Assembly (NCBI GenBank): GCA_025363775.1
Contig: JANYLG010000066.1
Coordinates: 1 to 52,863, forward strand
Direction of reading: 5' to 3'
Source of the DNA: Acidobacteriota bacterium
Lineage (GTDB): Bacteria > Acidobacteriota > Vicinamibacteria > Vicinamibacterales > Fen-181
DNA length: 52,863 nt
Shown one piece after another: positions 18,561 through 28,005 of this stretch; within the stretch, counting starts at the first letter, position 1, and each line of letters starts with the position of its first letter. The position numbers were made by a program, and so were the translations under genes. The notes beneath the pieces were generated by a model. The model searched no databases. It saw only the letters and a program-made list of their open reading frames with translations, and was not told the origin of the DNA.

Positions 18561-19586
18561 ATGATCGATCTCCTCGTCATTCCGCTCATCAAGATTGTCA
18601 TCGTTCTCACCGGCGTTCTCATTACCGTCATGTACATGGTGCTCCTCGAGCGCAAGGTGCAGGCGTGGGTGCAGGTGCGCCTGGGGCCGATGCGGGTCGG
18701 GCCGCACGGTGTGCTGCAGCCAATTGCCGACGTGCTGAAGCTGTTCGTCAAGGAAGACATCACGCCGGTCCGGGCCGACAAGGTTGTGTTCACGCTGGCG
18801 CCGATCATCGTGCTGGTGCCGGCGATTATCGCGTTCGCCGTGATCCCGTTCGGCGATCAGGTCAGCATCTTCGGCAAGCCGGTTCCGCTGCACATCGCCG
18901 ACCTGAACGTGGGGCTGCTGTACATCGTGGCCGTGGCGTCGATCGGCGTGTACGGGATCATCCTCGGTGGCTGGTCGTCGAACTCGAAGTACCCGCTGCT
19001 CGGCGGGCTCCGGGCGTCGGCGCAGCTCATCAGCTACGAGGTGGCGGTGACGCTGACCTTCGTGAGCGTGATCCTGGCGTCCGGCAGCCTGAGCATGGTG
19101 GACATCGTCACCGCGCAGAAGGCCAACGGCGTCTGGTTCGCGTTCGTCCAGCCGCTGGCGCTGTTCATCTACTTCGTCGGGGCGCTGGCCGAGACCAACC
19201 GCTCACCGTTCGACCTGCCCGAGGCCGAGCAGGAGCTGGTGGCCGGTTTCCACACCGAGTACAGCGGCATGCGGTTCGCCCTGTTCTTCCTGGCCGAGTA
19301 CGCCAACATGATCGTCGTGTCGGCCGTGGCCACGACGCTGTTCTTCGGCGGCTGGCTGCGGCCGTTCCCGAGCGTGGCGTTCCTCCATTTCCTCGATGTC
19401 GTGCCGACCTGGATCTGGTTCGTCGTCAAGACGTTCCTGGTGCTCTACCTGTTCCTCTGGATCCGTGCGACGCTGCCGCGCTATCGCTACGACCAGTTGA
19501 TGCGGCTTGGATGGAAGGTCCTGATTCCGCTGGCCATCGCGAACATCATCGTGACGGCTGCGGTGAAGGTGGCGTTGAGCGACTAG
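18561..19586 (+). CDS. nuoH: NADH-quinone oxidoreductase subunit H
   Basis: ERKV...GPMRVG, LQPIADVLKL, ISYEV, AETNRSPFDLPEAEQELVAG and PRYRYDQLM. Confidence 0.97.
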   Translation: MIDLLVIPLIKIVIVLTGVLITVMYMVLLERKVQAWVQVRLGPMRVGPHGVLQPIADVLKLFVKEDITPVRADKVVFTLAPIIVLVPAIIAFAVIPFGDQVSIFGKPVPLHIADLNVGLLYIVAVASIGVYGIILGGWSSNSKYPLLGGLRASAQLISYEVAVTLTFVSVILASGSLSMVDIVTAQKANGVWFAFVQPLALFIYFVGALAETNRSPFDLPEAEQELVAGFHTEYSGMRFALFFLAEYANMIVVSAVATTLFFGGWLRPFPSVAFLHFLDVVPTWIWFVVKTFLVLYLFLWIRATLPRYRYDQLMRLGWKVLIPLAIANIIVTAAVKVALSD

Positions 19587-19602
19587 CAGCGCCTGTGAAG
19601 CT

Positions 19603-20112
19603 ATGGGTCAAGCAATCGCGTTCTACACGATCGCCGCATGCATTCTCGGGTTCGGCGTGCTGGTGATCACGGCCAAGAACACGGTGCACAGCATCATGTT
19701 CCTGGTGGTCAACTTCCTCTTCGTCGCCGGGCTCTACGTGCTCCTGGGCGCGCAGTTCCTGGCGGTGATCCAGGTCGTGGTCTACGCCGGCGGCATCGTC
19801 GTCCTCTACCTGTTCGTCGTCATGCTGGTGAACCTGAAGCGTCCTCCCGAGGCGCACCAGGACCGCCGGCGGCGCGGCCGGCTGGGGGTGACGTGCTCGC
19901 TGGTGGTGCTGGCCGAACTGGTGGCGATCGCCGCTTACAAGTACGTGTCGCCGGCCGCCGGCTTGCCGCCGGCGCTGCCGATGGGCCCGGACAACGTGGC
20001 GCAGGTCGGGATGCTGCTCTACACCGACTACCTGATCCCGTTCGAGCTCGCGTCGATGCTGCTGCTCGTCGCCATGGTCGGAGCGATCGTGCTGGCCAGG
20101 CGGGACCTCTAG
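19603..20112 (+). CDS. nuoJ: NADH-quinone oxidoreductase subunit J
   Basis: QVVVYAGGIVVLYLFVVML and PFELASMLLLVAMVGAIVLA. Confidence 0.95.
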   Translation: MGQAIAFYTIAACILGFGVLVITAKNTVHSIMFLVVNFLFVAGLYVLLGAQFLAVIQVVVYAGGIVVLYLFVVMLVNLKRPPEAHQDRRRRGRLGVTCSLVVLAELVAIAAYKYVSPAAGLPPALPMGPDNVAQVGMLLYTDYLIPFELASMLLLVAMVGAIVLARRDL

Positions 20113-20124
20113 GGTGCTGACCGT

Positions 20125-20433
20125 ATGACTCCGATTACCCCGGTTCACTACATGGTCTTGTCGGCGGCGCTGTTCATCATCGGCGTCATCGGCGTGATGA
20201 CCCGCCGCAACATCATCGTGATCCTGATGTCGATCGAGCTGATGTTGAACGCGGTGAACATCAACCTCGTGGCGTTCTCGAACCTCTGGCAGAACGCCGC
20301 CGGCCAGGTGTTCGTGATTTTCGTCATCTGCGTCGCCGCGGCGGAAGCGGCCGTCGGGCTGGGCATCATCCTCGCGTTCTACCGCAACAAGGAAACGGTG
20401 AACATCGACGAGATGACCCTGATGCGATGGTAA
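20125..20433 (+). CDS. nuoK: NADH-quinone oxidoreductase subunit K
   Basis: [11 protein letters not shown] and AAAEAAVGL. Confidence 0.96.
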   Translation: MTPITPVHYMVLSAALFIIGVIGVMTRRNIIVILMSIELMLNAVNINLVAFSNLWQNAAGQVFVIFVICVAAAEAAVGLGIILAFYRNKETVNIDEMTLMRW

Positions 20434-20494
20434 GCGACGACGGCTCCTGCGGCCTCTGAGTTAGCGCATTCGTTGAACGGCATATAGGCGTCAC

Positions 20495-22729
20495 ATGGAT
20501 TTGATCTGGCTCATTCCGCTCCTGCCCGGCCTGGGCGCGGCCGTGAACGGCATCTTCGGCATCCGCTACTTCAGCAAGCGGACGGCCGGGGTGCTCGCGT
20601 GCACCACCATGGCGATCGCGCTCGGTCTGTCGCTGACGGCGTTCGTCCAGCTGCTCGGGCTGTCGCCCGAGGCGCGGGTGCACGACGTGGTGCTGTTCGA
20701 CTGGTTCCCGCGCACGGCGCTCGAGATGGCGGGCGGCCGCATCGGGTCGCTGCACATCCCGTGGGCGTTCCGTCTCGACCCGCTCTCGTCGATGATGATC
20801 CTGATCGTGACGGGGATAGGCTTCCTGATCCACGTCTATTCGATCGGCTACATGCACGACGAGCCGCGCGGCGGCGTGGCACGCTACTTCTCCTACCTGA
20901 ACCTGTTCTGCTTCTTCATGCTCACCCTGGTGCTCGGCGCCAACTACCTGGTCATGTTCGTGGGCTGGGAGGGCGTGGGCCTCTGTTCGTACCTGCTGAT
21001 CGGCTACTGGTACGAGAAGAAGAGCGCGGCGGACGCGGGCAAGAAGGCGTTCATCTTCAACCGCGTGGGCGACTGGGGATTCCTGCTCGGCGTCTTCCTG
21101 ATCTACTTCACCTTCGGGTCGTTCGACTTCCGCGAGGTGGCCAACGCCGCCGCCACGCTGCCGGTCGAAACCGCGCAGTTCGGCACCCTGTCGCTCATCA
21201 CCCTCCTGCTGTTCGTCGGCGCCACGGGCAAGAGCGCGCAGATCCCGCTCTACGTGTGGCTGCCTGACGCCATGGAGGGCCCCACACCGGTGTCCGCCCT
21301 GATCCACGCGGCCACGATGGTGACGGCTGGCGTCTACATGGTCGGGCGCAACGCGGTGCTCTTCACCCACGCCCCGATGACGATGGAGATCGTGGCGATC
21401 GTCGGCGTGCTCACGGCGGTCATGGCGGCCTCGATCGGTCTGGTGCAGACCGATATCAAGCGCGTCCTGGCCTACTCGACCGTCTCGCAGCTCGGCTACA
21501 TGTTCGTGGCGATGGGCGTCGGCGCGTTCGCGGCGGGCGCGTTCCACCTGATGACCCACGCCTTCTTCAAGGCGCTCCTCTTCCTCTGCAGCGGCGCGGT
21601 CATCCACGGCATGGCCGGCGAGCAGAACATGCTGAAGATGGGCGGCTTGCGAAAGCACCTGCCGATCACCTTCTGGACGATGATGATCGGCACGTTCGCG
21701 ATTGCCGGCATGCCGCCGTTGTCTGGATTCTTCAGCAAGGACGAGATCCTCTACAAGGCGTTCCTCTCGAACAAGGCGATCTGGGGCCTGGCGGCGTTCG
21801 CGGCGCTGATGACCGCGTTCTACATGTACCGCTTGATGTCCCTCACCTTCTTCGGGCCGTACCGGGGGGCGGCGTGGGAGACGGCCGGAGACGGGCACGG
21901 CGGCGGCCACGGCGACGACGCCGGGCACGGCGGCCATGCCGCGTGGCACGGGCCGCACGAGGCGCCGAAGTCGATGACGTTTGCGCTGGTGGTGCTCGCG
22001 GTCGGCGCGGTGCTGGCCGGCCTGGTCGGCATCCCGGCGGCGCTCGGGGGCGGCAACGCCATCGAGCACTTCCTGGCCCCGAGCTTCGAAGCGTCCCATG
22101 GCGCTCTCACGGCTGGTGGCACGGGTCACGCCGGCACGGGCGTCGGCACGGAGGCCGGCGCTACAACGTATTCCGGTGCGGCCACCCACACTGAACCCGC
22201 CACCGCTCCTGGGGCGGCGGCCTTCGTGCCGGCGGAAGGCGGAGCGGAAATCTCCAAGGCCTTCGAGCTGGGCCTGATGGCGTTCTCGGTGCTGCTCGGC
22301 ATCATCGGCATTGCCGTGGCCTACCGCTTCTACGTGCGCAGCCCCGAGATCGCGGCTCGACTCGAGCAGCGGCTGTCGGGCCCGCACCGCGTCCTGACGA
22401 ACAAGTACTACGTGGACGAGCTCTACGACGCGACCGTGATCACGGGCACGATGGCGAGCGCCAATGGCCTCTGGACGTTCGACCGTCACGTCGTGGACGG
22501 CGCGGTCAACGGCTCGGGCTGGATGACGATTTTCTCGTCGTGGTTCTCGGGCATCATCGACAAGTATCTCGTGGACGGCCTGGTGAACCTGGTCGGCTCC
22601 GTGCTGCAGGAATCGAGCTTCGTGTTCCGCCGCCTGCAGACCGGGTTGATCCAGAACTACGCGCTGCTGATGCTGTTCGGCGTTTTTGCCTTCGTGAGCA
22701 TCTATCTCCTCCTGGTGCGGTCGCTATGA
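20495..22729 (+). CDS. nuoL: NADH-quinone oxidoreductase subunit L
   Basis: GWEGVGLCSYLLI, GKSAQIPLYVWLPDAMEGPTPVSALIHAATMV, AYSTVSQLG, THAFFKA and SKDEIL. Confidence 0.97.
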   Translation: MDLIWLIPLLPGLGAAVNGIFGIRYFSKRTAGVLACTTMAIALGLSLTAFVQLLGLSPEARVHDVVLFDWFPRTALEMAGGRIGSLHIPWAFRLDPLSSMMILIVTGIGFLIHVYSIGYMHDEPRGGVARYFSYLNLFCFFMLTLVLGANYLVMFVGWEGVGLCSYLLIGYWYEKKSAADAGKKAFIFNRVGDWGFLLGVFLIYFTFGSFDFREVANAAATLPVETAQFGTLSLITLLLFVGATGKSAQIPLYVWLPDAMEGPTPVSALIHAATMVTAGVYMVGRNAVLFTHAPMTMEIVAIVGVLTAVMAASIGLVQTDIKRVLAYSTVSQLGYMFVAMGVGAFAAGAFHLMTHAFFKALLFLCSGAVIHGMAGEQNMLKMGGLRKHLPITFWTMMIGTFAIAGMPPLSGFFSKDEILYKAFLSNKAIWGLAAFAALMTAFYMYRLMSLTFFGPYRGAAWETAGDGHGGGHGDDAGHGGHAAWHGPHEAPKSMTFALVVLAVGAVLAGLVGIPAALGGGNAIEHFLAPSFEASHGALTAGGTGHAGTGVGTEAGATTYSGAATHTEPATAPGAAAFVPAEGGAEISKAFELGLMAFSVLLGIIGIAVAYRFYVRSPEIAARLEQRLSGPHRVLTNKYYVDELYDATVITGTMASANGLWTFDRHVVDGAVNGSGWMTIFSSWFSGIIDKYLVDGLVNLVGSVLQESSFVFRRLQTGLIQNYALLMLFGVFAFVSIYLLLVRSL

Positions 22730-24471
22730 ATCATTTGCTATCGTTGATCCTGTTCACGCCGCTGGTCGGCGCCGCCGTGCTGATGTTCGTGAACAAGCGC
22801 AGCGAGAACGCCATCCGCTGGATCGCGAACCTCTTCGCGATGGCCGGCTTCCTCGTCTCGCTGCCGCTCTGGTTCTACTACGACGACAAGAACCCGTCGT
22901 GGCAATTCGTGGAGCAGGCGGCGTGGATCCCGTCGATCGGCGCCGACTACCACCTCGGCGTAGACGGGTTCGCCGTCCTGCTGCTCCTGCTGACGACGAT
23001 GATGGGCGCGATCGCCATCCTGTCGTCGTGGACCGCGATCACGGAGCGGGTGAAGGAGTTCTACATCTTCCTGCTCATCCTCCAGACCGGGATGATCGGC
23101 GCCTTCGTGTCGCTCGACTTCCTGCTGTTCTTCCTGTTCTGGGAGGTGATGCTGGTCCCGATGTACTTCCTGATCGGCATCTGGGGCAGCGACCGGCGGC
23201 TCTACTCGGCCATCAAGTTCTTCCTCTACACCCTGACGGGCAGCGTCGTCATGCTGCTCGGGATCCTGGCCCTCTACTTCAACTACACGGACCCGCAGAC
23301 CGGCCTGCACACGTTCGACATCGTCCAGTTCCAGCAGCACGGCTTCGACACCAGCTTGCAGTGGTGGGTCTTCCTGGCCTTCTTCCTGGGCTTCGCGATC
23401 AAGGTGCCGATGTTCCCGTTCCACACCTGGCTGCCCGACGCGCACACGGACGCGCCGACGGCCGGCTCGGTCATCCTGGCCGCCGTCCTCCTGAAGATGG
23501 GGACGTATGGGTTCATCCGCTTCAGCCTGCCGATCCTGCCCGACGCGACGCGCGCGTTCGTCCCGATGATCGCGACGTTGTCGATCATCGGCATCGTCTA
23601 CGGCGCGCTGGTGGCGATGGCGCAGCGCGACTGGAAGCGGCTCGTTGCCTACTCTTCGGTCAGCCACATGGCGCTGGTGATGCTCGGGATGTTTGCCCTC
23701 AACCCGGTGGGCATCAAGGGCAGCATCATCCAGCAGATCAACCACGGCATCTCGACTGGCGCGCTCTTCCTGCTCGTCGGCGTCGTGTACGAGCGGCGGC
23801 ACACCCGGGAGATCTCCGAGTACGGCGGCTTGTCCAAGGTGATGCCGGTCTACGCGGCCATCTTCTGCGTGATGATGCTCTCGTCGATCGGCCTGCCGGC
23901 CCTCAACGGGTTCATCGGTGAGTTCCTGATCCTCCAGGGCATCTTCACGGTGAGCAAGATCTGGGCGGCCTTCGCGGCGACGGGCATCGTCCTCGGGGCG
24001 GCCTACATGCTGTGGCTCTACCAGCGCACGATGTTCGGCAAGATCGAGAACCCGAAGAACGAGCATCTGCCCGACCTCAATTTCCGCGAGGTCATGACGT
24101 TCGTGCCGCTCATCATCCTGGCCGTCTGGATCGGCATCTACCCGACGCCGTTCCTCAACCGGCTGAACACCTCGGTGGACAGGGTGATTGCGCGAGTCAG
24201 CCCGCAGTACCTGCAGCAGAACGCCTCCGGCACGCCCGCCGATTGCGGGCAGAAGCCAGCCGCGTCGAAGTGGCAGGTGGCCCCGTGCGGTCCCGACCAG
24301 GCCGCGTCCCCGGCGACCGCCCCGGCCGGCACCGTGCCGGCGGACCAGCCGACGAAGGTCGAGCCCAAAAATATTCCAGCCGGCGGAACCGCGCCGTCGC
24401 ATGAACCCGGCAAGGCCATGCCGCCCGCCACGGCGGCAGCGGCCCCCGCCAAGCCGGTGGGAGGACGGTAA
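22726..24471 (+). CDS. nuoM: NADH-quinone oxidoreductase subunit M with extended C-terminal tail
   Basis: ATG 22726 overlaps the nuoL stop. FWEVMLVPMY, AIKVPMFPFHTWLPDAH, LKMGTYG, AYSSVSHM and GFIGEF. Confidence 0.96.
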   Translation: MNHLLSLILFTPLVGAAVLMFVNKRSENAIRWIANLFAMAGFLVSLPLWFYYDDKNPSWQFVEQAAWIPSIGADYHLGVDGFAVLLLLLTTMMGAIAILSSWTAITERVKEFYIFLLILQTGMIGAFVSLDFLLFFLFWEVMLVPMYFLIGIWGSDRRLYSAIKFFLYTLTGSVVMLLGILALYFNYTDPQTGLHTFDIVQFQQHGFDTSLQWWVFLAFFLGFAIKVPMFPFHTWLPDAHTDAPTAGSVILAAVLLKMGTYGFIRFSLPILPDATRAFVPMIATLSIIGIVYGALVAMAQRDWKRLVAYSSVSHMALVMLGMFALNPVGIKGSIIQQINHGISTGALFLLVGVVYERRHTREISEYGGLSKVMPVYAAIFCVMMLSSIGLPALNGFIGEFLILQGIFTVSKIWAAFAATGIVLGAAYMLWLYQRTMFGKIENPKNEHLPDLNFREVMTFVPLIILAVWIGIYPTPFLNRLNTSVDRVIARVSPQYLQQNASGTPADCGQKPAASKWQVAPCGPDQAASPATAPAGTVPADQPTKVEPKNIPAGGTAPSHEPGKAMPPATAAAAPAKPVGGR

Positions 24472-25952
24472 TGCCAGGGGGTCTTTCGCCCAGCGATTTC
24501 ACCGCGCTGATGCCGGAGTTCGTCCTCACCGGCGTCGCGCTCCTCGTCCTGCTCGCGGATGCCTTCCTCCCGAGAGCCAGGCACGGGGCAATCGCCTGGT
24601 TCTCGCTCGCCGGCCTCGTGCTGACGGCCGCCGTCCTCGTCCCGTACGCCGGTGAGCACGCCACGGCTGCTCGGGGCATGGTGGCCGTGGATGGGTTCGG
24701 GGCGTTCTTCAAGTTTCTCTTCCTCCTGGCGGCTGCCCTGACGATTCTGATGTCGCCGCGCTACCTGCAGGTGGAGGGCGTGCGGCCTGGAACCTACTAC
24801 TTCCTGGTCCTGTGCGCCACGCTTGGCATGATGTTCATGGCGAGCGGCATCGACCTGGTGACGATCTTCATCGGCCTGGAGACGATGGCGATCTCGTTCT
24901 ATATCCTGGTGGGTTTCATCAAGCCGAACCGCCGGTCGAACGAGGCTGCGGTCAAGTATTTCCTCCTCGGCACCTTCTCGCTCGGCCTGCTGCTCTACGG
25001 GATGTCGATCCTGTACGGGTTGACGGCGACCACAAACCTCCGCGCGATCGCGACGATCCTGGCGAGCGGGGAGCACCACCCCTGGTTGCCGCTGGCGGTG
25101 ATCCTGCTCGTGGCCGGCGTCGGCTTCAAGATCGCGGCGGTGCCTTTCCACATGTGGGCGCCCGATGTGTACGAAGGCGCGCCCACGCCGATTACCGCCT
25201 TCCTGTCGGTGGGCTCCAAGGCCGCCTCGTTCGCCATGCTCCTCCGGATCTTCTTCGAGGGGCTGCCGTCGGCGAACGGCGACTGGGGCCTGCTCTTCTA
25301 CGCGCTCGCGGTCCTGACGATGACCGTCGGCAACATTGCGGCGCTGACGCAGAGCAACGTCAAGCGGATGCTGGCGTATTCGTCGATCGCCCACGCCGGG
25401 TACCTGCTGATCGCGATCGTGGCCGCCACGCGCGTGCCGCAGACCGGCGTGAAGGCCGCCCTCATCTACCTCGTCGTCTACGCCTTCATGCAGTTTGGCG
25501 CGTTCGGCGTGATCACGCTCCTGCGGCGCCACGACGTGATCGGCGAGGAACTCAAGGACATGTCCGGCCTGTTCCAGCGCAGCCCGTTGGTCGGCACGGC
25601 GATGCTGCTCTTCATGCTGTCGCTCGGCGGCATCCCGCCGACCGCGGGCTTCATGGGGAAGCTCTGGTTGTTCAGCGCGGCCATTGACGGTGGCTACTAT
25701 TGGCTGGCCGTCATTGGCGTCCTCAACAGCGCGGTCTCCCTGTACTACTACCTCCGCGTCGTCGTCTTCATGTGGTTCAAGGGAGACCCGACCGGGTCCG
25801 AGTTGGTGATGTCGCCGGGGATGGCCATCCTGCTGGCGATCACGATTGCCGGGACGATCGCGATCGGCGTCTACCCGCGGCCGCTGTTCGACCTCGCCGA
25901 TATCTCGGCGCGCACCCTCGGGGCGGGAGGGATCACGGCAACGCTGCGATGA
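24471..25952 (+). CDS. nuoN: NADH-quinone oxidoreductase subunit N
   Basis: EAAVKYF, FKIAAVPFHMWAPDVYEGAP, KRMLAYSSIAHAG and GIPPTAGF. Confidence 0.96.
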   Translation: MPGGLSPSDFTALMPEFVLTGVALLVLLADAFLPRARHGAIAWFSLAGLVLTAAVLVPYAGEHATAARGMVAVDGFGAFFKFLFLLAAALTILMSPRYLQVEGVRPGTYYFLVLCATLGMMFMASGIDLVTIFIGLETMAISFYILVGFIKPNRRSNEAAVKYFLLGTFSLGLLLYGMSILYGLTATTNLRAIATILASGEHHPWLPLAVILLVAGVGFKIAAVPFHMWAPDVYEGAPTPITAFLSVGSKAASFAMLLRIFFEGLPSANGDWGLLFYALAVLTMTVGNIAALTQSNVKRMLAYSSIAHAGYLLIAIVAATRVPQTGVKAALIYLVVYAFMQFGAFGVITLLRRHDVIGEELKDMSGLFQRSPLVGTAMLLFMLSLGGIPPTAGFMGKLWLFSAAIDGGYYWLAVIGVLNSAVSLYYYLRVVVFMWFKGDPTGSELVMSPGMAILLAITIAGTIAIGVYPRPLFDLADISARTLGAGGITATLR

Positions 25953-25963
25953 TAGGAAATCCT

Positions 25964-25989
25964 GTGGAGCAGGGCTGAAGCCCTGCTCC
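25964..25989 (+). repeat. REP-like palindrome
   Basis: Starts with GTGG; 10-bp stem GGAGCAGGGC-tgaa-GCCCTGCTCC between nuoN and atpZ. Confidence 0.6.
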
Positions 25990-26000
25990 GACTGATAGAT

Positions 26001-26228
26001 ATGTCCCTTCCCCCCAAGTCCTCCATGGGTTCTCTCGGCGCGCTCAGCGCCGTCGGGATCGCCTTCGTCCTCGCCGTGGTCTTCGGTTTCATGATCGGCT
26101 ATTTCCTCGACCGCTGGCTCGGGACCACTCCGCTGTTCATCATCGTGTTCTTCTTCATCGGCGTCGCCGCCGGGATCGTCAACGTCGTCCGGACGGCGAA
26201 CGCCGTGACCCGGGACGAGAACCGGTGA
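26001..26228 (+). CDS. AtpZ/AtpI (ATPase gene 1) family protein
   Basis: 75 aa, two TM segments, GYFLDRWLGTTP; precedes the Fo genes. Confidence 0.88.
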   Translation: MSLPPKSSMGSLGALSAVGIAFVLAVVFGFMIGYFLDRWLGTTPLFIIVFFFIGVAAGIVNVVRTANAVTRDENR

Positions 26229-26686
26229 GGCTCGGCGACCGCGATCAGGCCTTGCGACAATTCGAATGGGACGCAGTTGTAACCTGCGGCGCGATGGCGG
26301 CCCTGGCGCTGGCTCTCGGTCGCGGCCGGCCGGCCGGAGCCGTCAGCGTTCTGGCGGGCGGCGGCCTGATGGCTTTGTCCTACTGGGCGATCAAGGGCGG
26401 CGTGGACGTCGTGGTGGACCTCGTCGGCAGGCGCGACCGTGACAAAGCGTCGGACGCGTCGACGGAACGTGAGGGGGTTCCGGCGCTGCCCGCCCGCCGC
26501 CGGGTCGGGCTCGCAGTGAAGTTCTTCACAAGGTACGCTTTACTGGCTGTCGGGGCGTACGTTATGCTGACGTGTTTCCGTCTGCATCCCGTCGGCCTGC
26601 TGGCCGGCGCGATGACGCCATTCGTGGCGGCGGCAGTGCTGGCGGTGCGCTCGTCCCGGGCGTCCTCCCACCGGGAACATCCGTGA
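26225..26686 (+). CDS. atpI: ATP synthase protein I-like membrane protein
   Basis: About 4 hydrophobic segments, KFFTRYALL; lies directly upstream of atpB. Confidence 0.75.
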   Translation: MRLGDRDQALRQFEWDAVVTCGAMAALALALGRGRPAGAVSVLAGGGLMALSYWAIKGGVDVVVDLVGRRDRDKASDASTEREGVPALPARRRVGLAVKFFTRYALLAVGAYVMLTCFRLHPVGLLAGAMTPFVAAAVLAVRSSRASSHREHP

Positions 26687-26690
26687 CATC

Positions 26691-27500
26691 ATGGAGAAAC
26701 TCGAGCACCCGCTCTGGATCGTGCACGTGGTCAACGCGCTGTTCGGCCCGCTGGTGGCCGCCGCGTTGCGCCCGCTCGGCATCGCGTTCCAGCCAGGGCA
26801 CGACGTCATTCCCGACTTCATCGTGATGTCGCTGCTGATCCTGGTCGCCATTTCGATCCTGTGCCTGATCATCAGGTCGCGCCTGAGCGTGGAGAATCCC
26901 GGGACGCTGCAGATCGCGCTCGAGGAAGCGGTCTCGTTCATCTACGGGATGGTGGACGACTACATCGGTCCCAAGGGACGCAGCTACGTGACGCTGGTCG
27001 GGACGATGTTCATCTTCATCCTGAGCGGCAACCTGATGGGGCTGATCCCTGGCCTGATGTCGCCGACCAGCAACTTCAACGTGACGCTCGGCTGCGCCCT
27101 GACCGTGTTCGTCTACTATCAGTTCCACGGGTTCAAGGAGCAGGGCGTGGTCGGGTACATGAAGCACTTCCTGGTGCCGGCCGGTGCGCCGATCTGGATC
27201 GCGCCGATCTACCTGCCGATCGAGATCATCAGCCACCTGTCGCGCGTGCTGTCGCTGTCGGTCCGGTTGTTCGGCAACATCTTCGGCGAGGACCTGGTCA
27301 TCCTGATCCTCTTCAGCATCGTTCCGTTCGTGGTGCCGTTGCCGATGATGTTCCTCGGGCTGGTCACCGCGGCGCTCCAGGCGTTCATTTTCGCGATGCT
27401 CACGACGATCTATCTGGCGGGCGCGGTGGTGGTAGACCACGGGCCGGAGGGCCACGATTCGCACGGGGATCACGGGGCGGCAGAACTCGGCACGGCCTGA
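26691..27500 (+). CDS. atpB: ATP synthase Fo subunit a
   Basis: NLMGLIP, PIEIISH, SLSVRLFGN (essential Arg) and LQAFIF. Confidence 0.96.
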   Translation: MEKLEHPLWIVHVVNALFGPLVAAALRPLGIAFQPGHDVIPDFIVMSLLILVAISILCLIIRSRLSVENPGTLQIALEEAVSFIYGMVDDYIGPKGRSYVTLVGTMFIFILSGNLMGLIPGLMSPTSNFNVTLGCALTVFVYYQFHGFKEQGVVGYMKHFLVPAGAPIWIAPIYLPIEIISHLSRVLSLSVRLFGNIFGEDLVILILFSIVPFVVPLPMMFLGLVTAALQAFIFAMLTTIYLAGAVVVDHGPEGHDSHGDHGAAELGTA

Positions 27501-27594
27501 GCGGGGAAGAGGGACAAGGCGGGGCGCGGGCCCTGCGAATCGGTTTGGCAGCGCAAGGCCGCAGCCTTGCTGAATTTCGGAGGAGGCCTGTATC

Positions 27595-27936
27595 GTGCGT
27601 AAATCGCTGGTGCTGTCGCTGACGTTGTTGTTCGTGGCCGCGGGCTTGGTTGCGCCGCTCTTCGCCCAGGGTGCGGCTCCGGCGGGTGGGGGCAGCGAGG
27701 TGGCGAAGTGGTCGATCATCACGGCCGGATTCGCCCTGGCCATCGCGGCGGCGTTCGGCGCCCTCGGCCAGTCGAAGGGCCTGAGCTCGGCGGTCGAAGC
27801 GATCGCGCGCAACCCCAGCGCAACCCCCGACATCCGGTTCGCCCTGATCCTCGGGCTCGTGCTGATCGAGTCGCTCGTGATCTACGTGCTGCTCGTCGCG
27901 CTGATCCTGTTCTTCGTCAAGCCGTTCCCCGTATAA
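27595..27936 (+). CDS. atpE: ATP synthase Fo subunit c with signal-peptide-like N-terminus
   Basis: GGAGG upstream; AIARNP loop and LIESLVIY carboxylate helix. Confidence 0.95.
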   Translation: MRKSLVLSLTLLFVAAGLVAPLFAQGAAPAGGGSEVAKWSIITAGFALAIAAAFGALGQSKGLSSAVEAIARNPSATPDIRFALILGLVLIESLVIYVLLVALILFFVKPFPV

Positions 27937-27960
27937 GCCCGGCCGAACGGCGGCCGATCG

Positions 27961-27988
27961 GCAGGGGCGCGCCCCGTCGCGCCCCTGC
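27961..27988 (+). terminator. 11-bp hairpin after atpE (terminator or REP-like)
   Basis: GCAGGGGCGCG-ccccgt-CGCGCCCCTGC, with no clear U-tract. Confidence 0.5.
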
Positions 27989-28005
27989 GGCGCCTTCCCT
28001 GGCGG

